Shown: positions 10,001 to 19,628 of the stretch, one piece after another | How positions within the stretch are numbered: position 1 is the stretch's first letter | Layout: every line of letters starts with the position of its first letter | DNA from: a virus | Lineage: Duplodnaviria > Caudoviricetes | Virus record (IMG/VR): IMGVR_UViG_3300031857_000256 | Span: 1 to 53,498 of that record | Reading direction: 5' to 3' (one strand) | DNA: 53,498 nt | The notes under the pieces: generated by a model | The model's input: only the letters and a program-made list of their open reading frames with translations | Told to the model about the DNA's origin: nothing | Databases searched by the model: none | Position numbers and translations under genes: made by a program

Positions 10001-13000
10001 AGCGGCATATGATTTATTAAAAGCTAACAAAGAATTAATTCAAAATGAAACAATTCAATTTATTAATGTAACATATCCTCAATTAAAATATAATCAAACT
10101 AAATGTAGACGTGATGTTGGTTATATAATTGATAGTGTTGCAACCGATTTATTATATGGTGGAAACGAAAGAGGTGTTGTATCTGGTAGAAACTATTATG
10201 CATATCCATCAATAGCAACTTCAATACAAAGGAGAGAAACAATTGCTGGTGTTAGATATGCTAAAATTATTGGAGATTATATTGTTCAAAATATTATATT
10301 AGATACACCTAGAATTGTTAATAATGATGAAAAAAATATTAAGGTAACTGCTTTAGAAAATATAACATCATCATTTAGTGGCACAATTACTGAAAAGGCT
10401 TTAATTAGTAGTTCGTTTTCAATTGTTGAGGGAATTATTAAAGGTGGGTTACAAGCCATTCCATCTGTATTGGCACAAAATACTAATCAAAATTGGGGAG
10501 AAGCTAATCCATTAAATGTAACATCAAATGTTCAAACTACAAGTTCGTATGTAACTCCAAACGAAATTAATACAATAGATAGAAATTTCGGAATCGTTAC
10601 AAACATTATAGATAATGGAATATCATTAGAACCTGTATTAACTTCATCATTAGATGGATTAATTAAAGTAACCGATATTGCTCAAATAAGTGGAACATCT
10701 GCAACAAATAATGAAACTGCAAGTATTAGTTCATCATTTGCATATGTAATGAATGTTATAGCCGGTGGATTGGGACAACTACAACCATTGGTATCTAATT
10801 TAAGTGCAAGTATTGTAGTAACAAATACACCATTCATATCATCAACTGCTGCAAGTGGTTCTATTGGAACTTCCATTAGTTCTTCAATGAATACTATTGC
10901 AACTATTATAAGTGGTGGATTAGGTGTAGTTCCTACATTAATTTCATCTGTAGCAAATAGTATTAAAGTAACAAACACACCTCAATACATTTCAGCATCT
11001 TATAGTGGAAGTTTAGAAGATGTATCGTTTGTATCCGCATCAATCGCTATTGTAACAAGTATAATTAAAGGTGGTCCATCTCCGGCCAAAGTAGTTTATA
11101 CAACACCAGTATCTACCGTAAACGCTAAAGCTTCTTACGATTTATTAAAGCAAAACATTCCATTTATACAAAATGAAACTATTGCATATTTGAGTTCGTC
11201 TTGGGCTGGATTTGAATACGATGAGGTTAAGTGTAAAAGAGATGTTGGTTTAATAATTAGTGGTGCGGCCGAAGACCTTATATGGAATTCAAATTCGGCA
11301 TCTATTGTAAATGGTGAATATTATTATGAATTCCCATCACAGGCAACCGATACACAACTAAATCAAACTTTAGATGGTATTAATTATGCTAGTAGATTAG
11401 CTCAAAAGTTAATACAAAATATAGAATTCAACACAGCACCTATTAACAACCAAAATGCCGATACTTTATTAAAGAACAACAAAGTATTCATACAAAACGA
11501 AACAATCGCTTATATGAGTTCTTCTTGGGGTTTATTTGAGTATAATGAAGCTAAATGTAGAAGGGATGTTGGATATATCATAGATGCGGTTAGAACTGAT
11601 ATCGTTTATGGTGGAAATGAAAGAACAATTGAAGCAGGTAGATACTATTATTTATATCCATCTGAAGCAACTAGCACTCAATTGCAACAAACTACCGATG
11701 CGATTAATTACGCAAGTAGATTGGCACAAAAAGTAGTAGCAAATACAACCTTTGTAGTAGCTGATACGAATGCTTTAAATGCAAGTAATTTACTATCTTT
11801 AAACAAATCATTAATAGCTAGTGAAGTTGTTGAGTATGTAAGTTCTTCTTGGAGTGGTGTTCAATACGATGAAAATAAATGTAAGAGAGATGTAGGATAT
11901 ATTTTAGAGGCAGTAAGAACTGACTTAGTTTATGGTGGTAACGAGAGAACTACAATAGCTGGGCAGTATTATTATCTATTCCCATCTGCAGCAACTGTTG
12001 GTGGTGAACCTACCGCAACTCAACAATTAGACCCAACAATAACTGGTGTAAATTATGCACGTAGATTAGCACAAAATATTGTATTAAATAAAACATTAGT
12101 TTCTCCAACTCAAGCTGTTTTAGATGCTAGAGAATTGGTAAAAACTAACACAACATTTATACAACAAAATGTAATTGAATATATTTCTGATACATACCCT
12201 ACATTGAATTACAAAGTAGATAAGTGTTTCAGAGATGTAAGATTTATTGTTGATGGAGTACTTACTGATTTGGTGTATGGTGGTAATGAGAGAAGTTTAC
12301 AATCAGGAGAATTCTATTACAAATATCCATCACAAGCAACCGATTCGCAAGCAAATGAAACAATAGATGCAATTAACTTTGCAAAAGAATTAAGTAAATT
12401 AATTGCAATTGGTGGTAAGGCTATTGAAGATGGATTTGATACTGTTGTAGATATTATTAGTAGTGGAAGTTTAGGTTATCCAACTTTAGTTTCAAATACT
12501 TTAGCTGGAATTAAAGCAACAAACGAACCACAATTTGTAACACAGAGTTCGGTATTAACATCGGATAAATCAATAGTATCCGCATCTTTTGGAAATGTAA
12601 TTAATATTATAGATAAGGGTGTAAATGTTATTCCAACTATTATATCTTCTACAAATAGAGGTATTAATAAACTTGGTAATGTTCAAACTACATCATCAAT
12701 AACTCCAGTTGCAACGGATATAAACAAAGTTGGAAGTGGATTTGATATTGTATTAAATATTATAGCAAACGGAACTGGTTCAATACCATCCAAAATCACA
12801 AACACATCATCTGTAATTAAGAGAACCGATAGTGTACAATATATTACAACGGCATCTATTTCATCAACATATTTAACAAATGCAAATTCTGCATTTGATA
12901 TCGTATTGGATGTTCTTGAAAATGGAACTGGTTCTTTACCTTCGTTGGTTAAAAATGTAAATGGTTTAGTTAAATTAACAAATAGTACGCAATATACATC

Positions 13001-16000
13001 TTCAATGAATGTTAGTAGTTCTAGAGTTAATAGTATCACTTCATCATTTAATACTGTTATAAACATATTAGAGAATGGAACTGGTTCGTTACCAAATATT
13101 ATTTCAAATAATTTTAATAATGTTAAAGTAACAAATGGATTAAATTATGTATCAGCATCTTATAGTGGCACATCGATACAATCTACATTTATATCGGCAT
13201 CAATTTCAATTGTAACAAATATAATTGCGAATGGAACTGGTAGTTTACCTAATATAACTTTATATACATCATCAATATCATCATCTGCTGTTTTAGATGC
13301 ATATAATATATTAAAAGCACATATACCATTTATACAAGATGAAACAATCGCATACTTGAGTTCTTCTTGGAGTACCGCATCTTATGATGAGGCTAAATGT
13401 AGACGTGATATTGGTTTAATTGTAAGTGGAGCAGCTGAAGACCTTATATGGAATTCAAATTCTGCCTCCGTTGTAAATGGTAAATATTATTATGAGTATC
13501 CATCGCAGGCGCAAGGTGCACAATTAAATCAAACGTTAGATGGTGTATTCTATGCAAGTAAATTGGCACAAAAAGTAATATTAAATACTTTATTTACTTT
13601 ACCAACACCACAAACAAATACGGCATATGATTTATTAATTAATAATAAAGAGTTTATCCAAAACGAAACAATTGCATACATTAGTTCTTCTTGGAGTACA
13701 AAGGAATATAACGAAACAACTTGTAAGAGAGATGTTGGTTATATATTAGATGCAATTGCAACTGATGTTAAATGGGGTGGTAACGAAAGAGCAGTAACTG
13801 CGGGAGTGTTCTATTATAAATATCCATCAGCGGCAACCGGCTCTCAATTAAAAGAAACTGTGACTGGTGTAACTTACGCTAAAAATTTAGCAGATAAGTT
13901 ATTAAGAAATGCACAATTCCAAAAAGTATCTCAAAACAAATTACAAGCTAAAGACCTTATTGTAAATAATAAGAGTTTTATAGAAAATGAAGTAATTGCA
14001 TATGTATCGGCTAGTTGGAGCGAGTTTTCATATAACGAAACAACTTGTAAGAGAGATGTTGGTTATATATTAGATGCTGTAGCAACTGATATTATTTATG
14101 GTGGAAATGAGAGAAGCTATGAGGCTGGTAGATATTATTATTACGAACCGTCAACAGCAACTACAACTCAATTAGGCCCAACGTTAAGTGGTGTTAAACA
14201 CGCTAAAGGGTTGACACAACAAATACTTAAAAATTTATTATTTGTTAAACCATCTAATTCTGCACAAATTGCATACGAACTATTATTTAATAATAAGGCA
14301 CTTATACAAAACGAAACAATCGCATTTGTAAGCTCTTCTTGGAGTATGTTTAATTACAATGATGTTAAGTGTAGACGTGATGTGGGATATATTGTAGATG
14401 CAGTAGCAACTGATATTCTTTATGGTGGTAATGAAAGAGTTTCTGAAGCAGGAGAATATTATTACTTATATCCATCATTAGCAACCGTTGAAGGTGATGG
14501 TAACGAATCCGGACAATTAGACCAAACATTGGATGGTGTTAAATACGCTAAAGGAATAGCACAAAAAATTGTAGCAAATACTTTATTACAAACACCAACA
14601 GAATCCGAAAGAGCTGGATATGATTTATTAATAAAGAATAAACAATTAATTCAAAAAGAAACTATTGCTTATATTAGTTCTTCTTGGAGTGGTATTGGTT
14701 CATTCTCTTATAATGAGGCAAGTTGTAGTAGAGATGTGGCTTACATTTTAGATAATGTAGCAACCGATTTATTATATGGTGGTAATGAAAGAAGTTCTAA
14801 AGCTGGTGAGTACTATTACTTATATCCATCTAAAGCAACTGTAATCAGTTCAATATCACCTGATACTAATTCTCAAAAAGGACCAACAATAGATGGTGTA
14901 ACCTTTGCTGCAGGAATAGCACAAACTATTTTAAATAATACTACATTAATACAACCAACCGATTATGTTAAATCGGCAGTAAGTTTATTAAAAGCAAATA
15001 GGCAATTTATACAAAATGAAACAATTCAATACATAGATGCATTCTTCCCTTACTTAACTTATTTAAGAGAAAAATGTAGACGTGATGTTGGATATATTGT
15101 TGATGGTGTAGCAACTGATTTATTCTATGGTGGAAACCAAAGAAGTATAACTTCTGGTGATTACTACTTTAGATATCCAAACAAAGCAACAACATCGGAC
15201 CAACTTTCAGAAACGGTATCCGGTATTGAATACGCTAAAGCAGTATCTAAAAAAGTAGTACAAAATATTTTATTAAGAAAGCCGGTTACTAAAGATAATA
15301 CATCCGCTAATATAAAGGCAACTGATACAAATCAATATACTTCATCTATAAATGTTAGTACAACTGAAATAAGTAAGATTAGTTCTTCATTCTCAATTGT
15401 AACTGATATAATAGCAGGTGGTGTTAGTGTATCTCCAATAAAAGTATTAAATACAGAAGCTGGAATTAAAGTAACCAATGAAACGGCAGTAACTTCATCT
15501 ATAAATGGTGGCAACACATATGCTGATTTAGTAACATCATCATTCAATTTAGTAAGAGATATTATTTACTATGGTGAAGCTGGTATACCTGATGCATTGG
15601 CTAGAAACTATGATTATGGTTTCGAATTACAAACTCCAACTTTATTACATATCAGTTCAACTGAACAAAGTGTAATAGGTGGAACTAATAATGCTAGTGA
15701 TTTGGTTGATGTTAGTGCCTCTTACGCAACTGTAATTGATATTGTTAATAATGGTACTGGTTCTATACCAACTATTATAGAAAATACATCATCATCAATA
15801 AATGTAATAGGTGGAACTCCATATCAATCTCCTGTAGCCGGTACAACTACTGATATAAATAAAATTGGTAGTGGATTTGGAATTGTAACTGATATAATTG
15901 AAGGAACTTATCCAACTGTTGTATCAAACACAACAAATGGTGTTAAGGTAACAACAACTCCTCAGATATTAATAAATGGTAGTACCGCACAAAGATTACA

Positions 16001-19000
16001 AGCTAAGTTAGTATCATCATCATTTGCGGTAGTAACAAATATTATCTTAAATGGTACTGGTTCTCAAACATATGTAGCACCATCGGCAACCGCAAATACT
16101 AATCCAAGAATAACATCAGCTTACAATTTATTAGTAAGTAATAGTTTAATGATTGTTGATGAGACTATAGCATATATGAGTTCATCTTGGAGTACATTTG
16201 ATTATAATGAAGAAAAATGTAGACGTGATTTAGGATATATTATTGATGGAGCAGCTTCTGACCTTTTATATGGTGGAAACTCTGGTTCATTCTTAAATGG
16301 ACAATTTTATTTATTAATACCATCACAAGCAACATCTTCTCAATTAGACCAAACTCTAACTGCTATTAGATATGCTAGTGGTATTTCTGAAAAGGTAATT
16401 CAGAGCCAATTATTAACACATATTTCAGCATCACAAAGTACATCAGCATCTTATGTATCATTATTAGAGAACAAAGAGTTCATACAAAACGAAGCAATTG
16501 CTTATGTATCTTCGTCTTGGTCAACATTTGATTATAATGAAACAACTTGTAGACGTGATGTGGGATATATTGTAGATGCGGTAGCAACTGACCTTTTATA
16601 TGGCGGTAATGAAAGAAGTTGGATAGCAGGAGATTACTATTTCAGATATCCATCACAGGCTACAACTTCACAATTACAACCAACATTAGATGGTATAAAT
16701 TACGCCAAAGGTGTGGCAATGAATGTAGCTAAAAATACTACATTTGTAACTGCTGATGTAAATACACAATTCTCTTATGATATTTTATTAGCAAATAAAG
16801 AGTTCATACAAAATGAAACTGTTGCATTTGTAAACGCTAAGTATCCTAACTTATATTATGACCAAATCAAATGTAAGAGAGATGTGGGATACATTGTAGA
16901 TGCAGTAGCAACTGATTTATTGTATGGTGGAAACGAAAGAGCAGCAATAGCTGGTGAGTTCTATTACTTATATCCTTCATTGGCAACTGAATCAGAGCAA
17001 GTAGTTGAAACAACTGCGGCAATTGATTATGCTAGAAGATTAAGTTTAGAAATAATTCAAAAGAATACCATTTCTACTCCACAAATTGTATCAAATACAT
17101 TTAATAATATCAAAGTAACAAATATATCACAAATAAGTGGTGTAGCGGCAACTCAAACTGAAGCAACTGCTATATCTTCTTCTATTGGTATTGTAATTGA
17201 TATCGTATCGAATGGTACTGGTTCATTACCAATATCAATTCCTTATACAACACCATCTACTGACCCTAATGTAATAAATGCATATAATAACTTAAAAGCT
17301 AATATACCATTTATCGCAGCAGAGACAGTTGCATATATAAGTTCGTCTTGGGTGACTGGTTCTAATTCGGATACGGCATTTGTTTACAATGATTTAAGTT
17401 GTAGTAGAGATGTTTCGTTGATTGTTAGTGGAGCAGCAGAAGATTTATTATGGAATAGTAATTCGGCATCTATTGTAAATGGTAAGTATTATTATGAATA
17501 TCCATCACAAGCAACCAATACACAATTGGATGAAACATTGGATGGTATTTCTTACGCATCTCAATTAGCACAAAAGATTGTATTGAATACATTGTTTGTA
17601 ACCGCATCACCAACCGCTTCAGCAGTTTACAACGCATTAAAAACCAACAAACCATTCATACAAGCAGAAACAATAGCATTTGTATCTTCATCTTGGAGTT
17701 CATTAAATTATAGTGAAGCTAAATGTAAGAGAGATGTTGGTTTAATAGTGGATGCAGTAGCAACTGATATTCTTTACGGAGGAAATCAAAGAAGTGCAAC
17801 TGCTGGACAATATTATTTCAAATATCCATCACAAGCTACTGGTTCTCAATTAGATTCAACATTGAACGCAATTGATTTCGCAGGTGGTACGGCTAAGAAT
17901 GTAATTACAAACACAACATTTGTAACTGCATCTCAATCAGTATCAGCATCGGTTGAATTATTAAGAAACAATAGATTATTCATACAAAATGAAACTATGG
18001 CTTACTTAACTGCTAGCTGGAGTTCATTTGAATATAACAAAGAGAAGTGTAAGAGAGATGTTGGTTATATCTTAGATGGTGTAGCAACTGATATCTTATA
18101 TGGTGGTAATGAACGAAGTGTAATGAGTGGAGATTTCTATTACAAATATCCTTCAAAGGCAACTTTATTAGGAGATGGTGATGGTGTGGGTCAATTAGGA
18201 CAAACTTTAGATGGTATTATTTACGCAAGTAGAATAGCTCAAAAAGTTGCACAAAATATACAATTCGTAACAGCATCATCAGCAGTATCTGCCTCATTTG
18301 ATTTGTTGAGAAAGAATAAAAATTTCATAGCAGCTGAAACTATCGCTTATGTTAGTTCTTCTTGGAGTGGAGTTTATTATAATGAAGCAAGTTGTTCACG
18401 TGATGTGAAATATATCATAGACGCGGCGGCAACCGATTTATTATATGGTGGAAGTGAAAGAAGCGTAACCGCTGGTTCATACTATTTCTTATTCCCATCA
18501 AAAGCAACTGTAAAAGGTGTACCATCTGAGGCAGCACAATTAGACCCAACAATTACAGGCGTAAGATATGCTGGTAAATTGGCAAGTAAGGTTGTAACAA
18601 ACCCAACTTTCATATTACCATCAGCATCTCTATTAACAACTGTTAATTTATTAACATCGAATAAACCATTAATACAAAAAGAAACTATAACATTCTTGAG
18701 TTCTTCTTGGAGTACATTGAAGTATAATGAAACGAGTTGTTCTCGTGATTTAGGATTTATTATAGACGCGATTAGAACTGACTTAGTTTATGGTGGTAAC
18801 GAAAGAAGTATTGAAGCAGGTTCTTATTATTATAAGATTCCATCTGTTGCAATTAAAGAATCATATACTGATAACGGCGAAGCTGGACAAAAAATCCAAA
18901 CTGTTGATGGTATTGATTTCGCAAGAGGCCTTTCTGAAAAGATTGTTTCAAACACTTTATTAACTTATCTAGCACCATCTACAAAGAGAAGACAAGCGGC

Positions 19001-19601
19001 TGATAGATTGAGAGGTTCTAAAGATGAATTAAGACAAAGAGCAATCGGATACACAAACGGAGCATTCCCTTATTTAGTTTATAACGAAGCGAGTTGTTCT
19101 CGTGATACTGGTTTGATTGTTGATGCTTGTTGTACTGATTTATTATATGGTGGAAACGAAAGAGGTATTGCAGCGGCATCATCTTACTATAATGGTCAAT
19201 ACGGTAACGCAATTGCCGTAACTAGAGACCAACTTTTAGAGACTTTGGAAACTAATAGATATTTAAGAACAAGAGCAGAGTTTATAGCAGCTGGAGCACC
19301 ATTAGAATCATTTGGTTCATTGATTGTGGCAACTGGTATTGACTACTCTTATAATGGTAGTGGTGTTACGTTTAAAGCACTTCCACCGAATCAGGGTGGT
19401 AGTGGTGTTGCAAATCCGGCATTTGAAATTACCGAATTGGGTGGTGGTAGAATTTACTTTACATCTGGTAACGAAACTGGTGACTTTAGAATTGGTACGG
19501 GATTAAGTATTAATCAGGCAACTGGTACTCTTGTGGGTAGAACATTTAGTAAATCTCTATTCTCATTGGTAACTCCGTTCTCATTGGCACTACAAATATA
19601 A
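7053..19601 (+). CDS. Giant virion structural protein (4182 aa): pectin-lyase-like beta-helix scaffold interrupted by 22 phycobiliprotein/globin-like CxRD repeats
   Basis: Uninterrupted 12.5-kb ORF. N-terminal LYVS..GDDNNDG..P.RTIKRA..I.V.AGTY.E.NP and SPYVQNCS motifs; C-terminal GG.IYFTS..E.GDFRIG..L.INQATGT, resembling large structural proteins of T4-like marine phages; 22 CxRD repeats counted. Confidence 0.85.
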   Translation: MARLIPRKQIEEQQNISGSLTIQQNVDIGNDAIISGSLFVSKSFFLGNDVTDKSEITGSVFLTGSLEIDGQLVFKGPEAVLSATASNTLLAVDTQRYAGILAKDFGANVPTLYVSSTDGDDNNDGRSIQYPLRTIKRAASLASPGYDGRYGFDTGSIFNGYVIKVQAGTYLEDNPVILPKNTTIWGAGLRITKINAKNPTEDLFLVNSGCYIAEVTMGGLRLFPDQINPVKGFAVAFQPGAFITTSPYVQNCSQISNQENSFTELYEDIPPGGGGLYVNGDVIDPDSPLASMVLDAYTQISPNGVGCLVNGRGFIQLVSFFNNFSYYSIRVNNGGHATLNNSNISFGLYGMYASGSRFISGSGGNIAARDSVRGTWSVVVDVLNKGLEAGLPTITKLNTDEGIRLTSPALYTQSRVSAGTTLSTTAASEIASDYKLISAIVENGTADFPTLLAQSSNKGYGFDSPYNILGEVQITSSISATNTDLTNISGSYAALLSILANGTGSFTFKSNNEDAIKVTNTTEYPLGTASPFTASVSSSFSTIIDILKNGLSASPVLVSNTSSSLLIGTGSQYFTGISSSIAVRNSVSASFGIVYGVLQNGTGSNILPIPENHQRVYTIVNSGSIGFKFDDVNNSLNPTLTLFRGETYKFNVDATDEFGGLFYPFWIRTAQIADIGTKYDYNKGVINNGDSTGTITFTVPYDAPNTLYYVADNNSVMGGKLNIVNSSTTPRYLIQNTLTYPETILSSSIASTDVDKINAYDLLIGNKELVKDEVVRFVNSSWSDLDYNQETCKRDVGFIIDGVAKDLLFGGNEESLRSALYYYIYPSEATTTQKEPTTSAVKYAAGLVDKLLSNVTLQSANNDKLAVAESILDNRIFVQNETIAFLSSSWSGDDGFYYNEEKCKRDVGYILDAVATDALYGGNERAITAARFYYLYPSAATVAGVPSSTAQLEQTLTGIRYAAGVVGALLKNKTFQTASATTQAAYDLLKANKELIQNETIQFINVTYPQLKYNQTKCRRDVGYIIDSVATDLLYGGNERGVVSGRNYYAYPSIATSIQRRETIAGVRYAKIIGDYIVQNIILDTPRIVNNDEKNIKVTALENITSSFSGTITEKALISSSFSIVEGIIKGGLQAIPSVLAQNTNQNWGEANPLNVTSNVQTTSSYVTPNEINTIDRNFGIVTNIIDNGISLEPVLTSSLDGLIKVTDIAQISGTSATNNETASISSSFAYVMNVIAGGLGQLQPLVSNLSASIVVTNTPFISSTAASGSIGTSISSSMNTIATIISGGLGVVPTLISSVANSIKVTNTPQYISASYSGSLEDVSFVSASIAIVTSIIKGGPSPAKVVYTTPVSTVNAKASYDLLKQNIPFIQNETIAYLSSSWAGFEYDEVKCKRDVGLIISGAAEDLIWNSNSASIVNGEYYYEFPSQATDTQLNQTLDGINYASRLAQKLIQNIEFNTAPINNQNADTLLKNNKVFIQNETIAYMSSSWGLFEYNEAKCRRDVGYIIDAVRTDIVYGGNERTIEAGRYYYLYPSEATSTQLQQTTDAINYASRLAQKVVANTTFVVADTNALNASNLLSLNKSLIASEVVEYVSSSWSGVQYDENKCKRDVGYILEAVRTDLVYGGNERTTIAGQYYYLFPSAATVGGEPTATQQLDPTITGVNYARRLAQNIVLNKTLVSPTQAVLDARELVKTNTTFIQQNVIEYISDTYPTLNYKVDKCFRDVRFIVDGVLTDLVYGGNERSLQSGEFYYKYPSQATDSQANETIDAINFAKELSKLIAIGGKAIEDGFDTVVDIISSGSLGYPTLVSNTLAGIKATNEPQFVTQSSVLTSDKSIVSASFGNVINIIDKGVNVIPTIISSTNRGINKLGNVQTTSSITPVATDINKVGSGFDIVLNIIANGTGSIPSKITNTSSVIKRTDSVQYITTASISSTYLTNANSAFDIVLDVLENGTGSLPSLVKNVNGLVKLTNSTQYTSSMNVSSSRVNSITSSFNTVINILENGTGSLPNIISNNFNNVKVTNGLNYVSASYSGTSIQSTFISASISIVTNIIANGTGSLPNITLYTSSISSSAVLDAYNILKAHIPFIQDETIAYLSSSWSTASYDEAKCRRDIGLIVSGAAEDLIWNSNSASVVNGKYYYEYPSQAQGAQLNQTLDGVFYASKLAQKVILNTLFTLPTPQTNTAYDLLINNKEFIQNETIAYISSSWSTKEYNETTCKRDVGYILDAIATDVKWGGNERAVTAGVFYYKYPSAATGSQLKETVTGVTYAKNLADKLLRNAQFQKVSQNKLQAKDLIVNNKSFIENEVIAYVSASWSEFSYNETTCKRDVGYILDAVATDIIYGGNERSYEAGRYYYYEPSTATTTQLGPTLSGVKHAKGLTQQILKNLLFVKPSNSAQIAYELLFNNKALIQNETIAFVSSSWSMFNYNDVKCRRDVGYIVDAVATDILYGGNERVSEAGEYYYLYPSLATVEGDGNESGQLDQTLDGVKYAKGIAQKIVANTLLQTPTESERAGYDLLIKNKQLIQKETIAYISSSWSGIGSFSYNEASCSRDVAYILDNVATDLLYGGNERSSKAGEYYYLYPSKATVISSISPDTNSQKGPTIDGVTFAAGIAQTILNNTTLIQPTDYVKSAVSLLKANRQFIQNETIQYIDAFFPYLTYLREKCRRDVGYIVDGVATDLFYGGNQRSITSGDYYFRYPNKATTSDQLSETVSGIEYAKAVSKKVVQNILLRKPVTKDNTSANIKATDTNQYTSSINVSTTEISKISSSFSIVTDIIAGGVSVSPIKVLNTEAGIKVTNETAVTSSINGGNTYADLVTSSFNLVRDIIYYGEAGIPDALARNYDYGFELQTPTLLHISSTEQSVIGGTNNASDLVDVSASYATVIDIVNNGTGSIPTIIENTSSSINVIGGTPYQSPVAGTTTDINKIGSGFGIVTDIIEGTYPTVVSNTTNGVKVTTTPQILINGSTAQRLQAKLVSSSFAVVTNIILNGTGSQTYVAPSATANTNPRITSAYNLLVSNSLMIVDETIAYMSSSWSTFDYNEEKCRRDLGYIIDGAASDLLYGGNSGSFLNGQFYLLIPSQATSSQLDQTLTAIRYASGISEKVIQSQLLTHISASQSTSASYVSLLENKEFIQNEAIAYVSSSWSTFDYNETTCRRDVGYIVDAVATDLLYGGNERSWIAGDYYFRYPSQATTSQLQPTLDGINYAKGVAMNVAKNTTFVTADVNTQFSYDILLANKEFIQNETVAFVNAKYPNLYYDQIKCKRDVGYIVDAVATDLLYGGNERAAIAGEFYYLYPSLATESEQVVETTAAIDYARRLSLEIIQKNTISTPQIVSNTFNNIKVTNISQISGVAATQTEATAISSSIGIVIDIVSNGTGSLPISIPYTTPSTDPNVINAYNNLKANIPFIAAETVAYISSSWVTGSNSDTAFVYNDLSCSRDVSLIVSGAAEDLLWNSNSASIVNGKYYYEYPSQATNTQLDETLDGISYASQLAQKIVLNTLFVTASPTASAVYNALKTNKPFIQAETIAFVSSSWSSLNYSEAKCKRDVGLIVDAVATDILYGGNQRSATAGQYYFKYPSQATGSQLDSTLNAIDFAGGTAKNVITNTTFVTASQSVSASVELLRNNRLFIQNETMAYLTASWSSFEYNKEKCKRDVGYILDGVATDILYGGNERSVMSGDFYYKYPSKATLLGDGDGVGQLGQTLDGIIYASRIAQKVAQNIQFVTASSAVSASFDLLRKNKNFIAAETIAYVSSSWSGVYYNEASCSRDVKYIIDAAATDLLYGGSERSVTAGSYYFLFPSKATVKGVPSEAAQLDPTITGVRYAGKLASKVVTNPTFILPSASLLTTVNLLTSNKPLIQKETITFLSSSWSTLKYNETSCSRDLGFIIDAIRTDLVYGGNERSIEAGSYYYKIPSVAIKESYTDNGEAGQKIQTVDGIDFARGLSEKIVSNTLLTYLAPSTKRRQAADRLRGSKDELRQRAIGYTNGAFPYLVYNEASCSRDTGLIVDACCTDLLYGGNERGIAAASSYYNGQYGNAIAVTRDQLLETLETNRYLRTRAEFIAAGAPLESFGSLIVATGIDYSYNGSGVTFKALPPNQGGSGVANPAFEITELGGGRIYFTSGNETGDFRIGTGLSINQATGTLVGRTFSKSLFSLVTPFSLALQI
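8151..19290 (+). repeat. Interleaved protein repeats: 22 cores of ~100-110 aa (CxRD...YGGNER) and 22 units of ~45-50 aa (SxSFxxVxxIIxxG)
   Basis: Counted in the translation. First core Cys codon at 9426, last at 19095. Confidence 0.85.
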
Positions 19602-19628
19602 AAAAGAAAATAAAAAAATAAAAAAGAA

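Noticed and set aside
7053-19601. Calling the repeats true phycobilisome genes (cpc/cpe/apc)
   Set aside because: They are internal repeats of one giant structural ORF, lack recognisable N-terminal X/Y helices, and no linker or lyase genes are in the window; only motif- and fold-level similarity is proposed.
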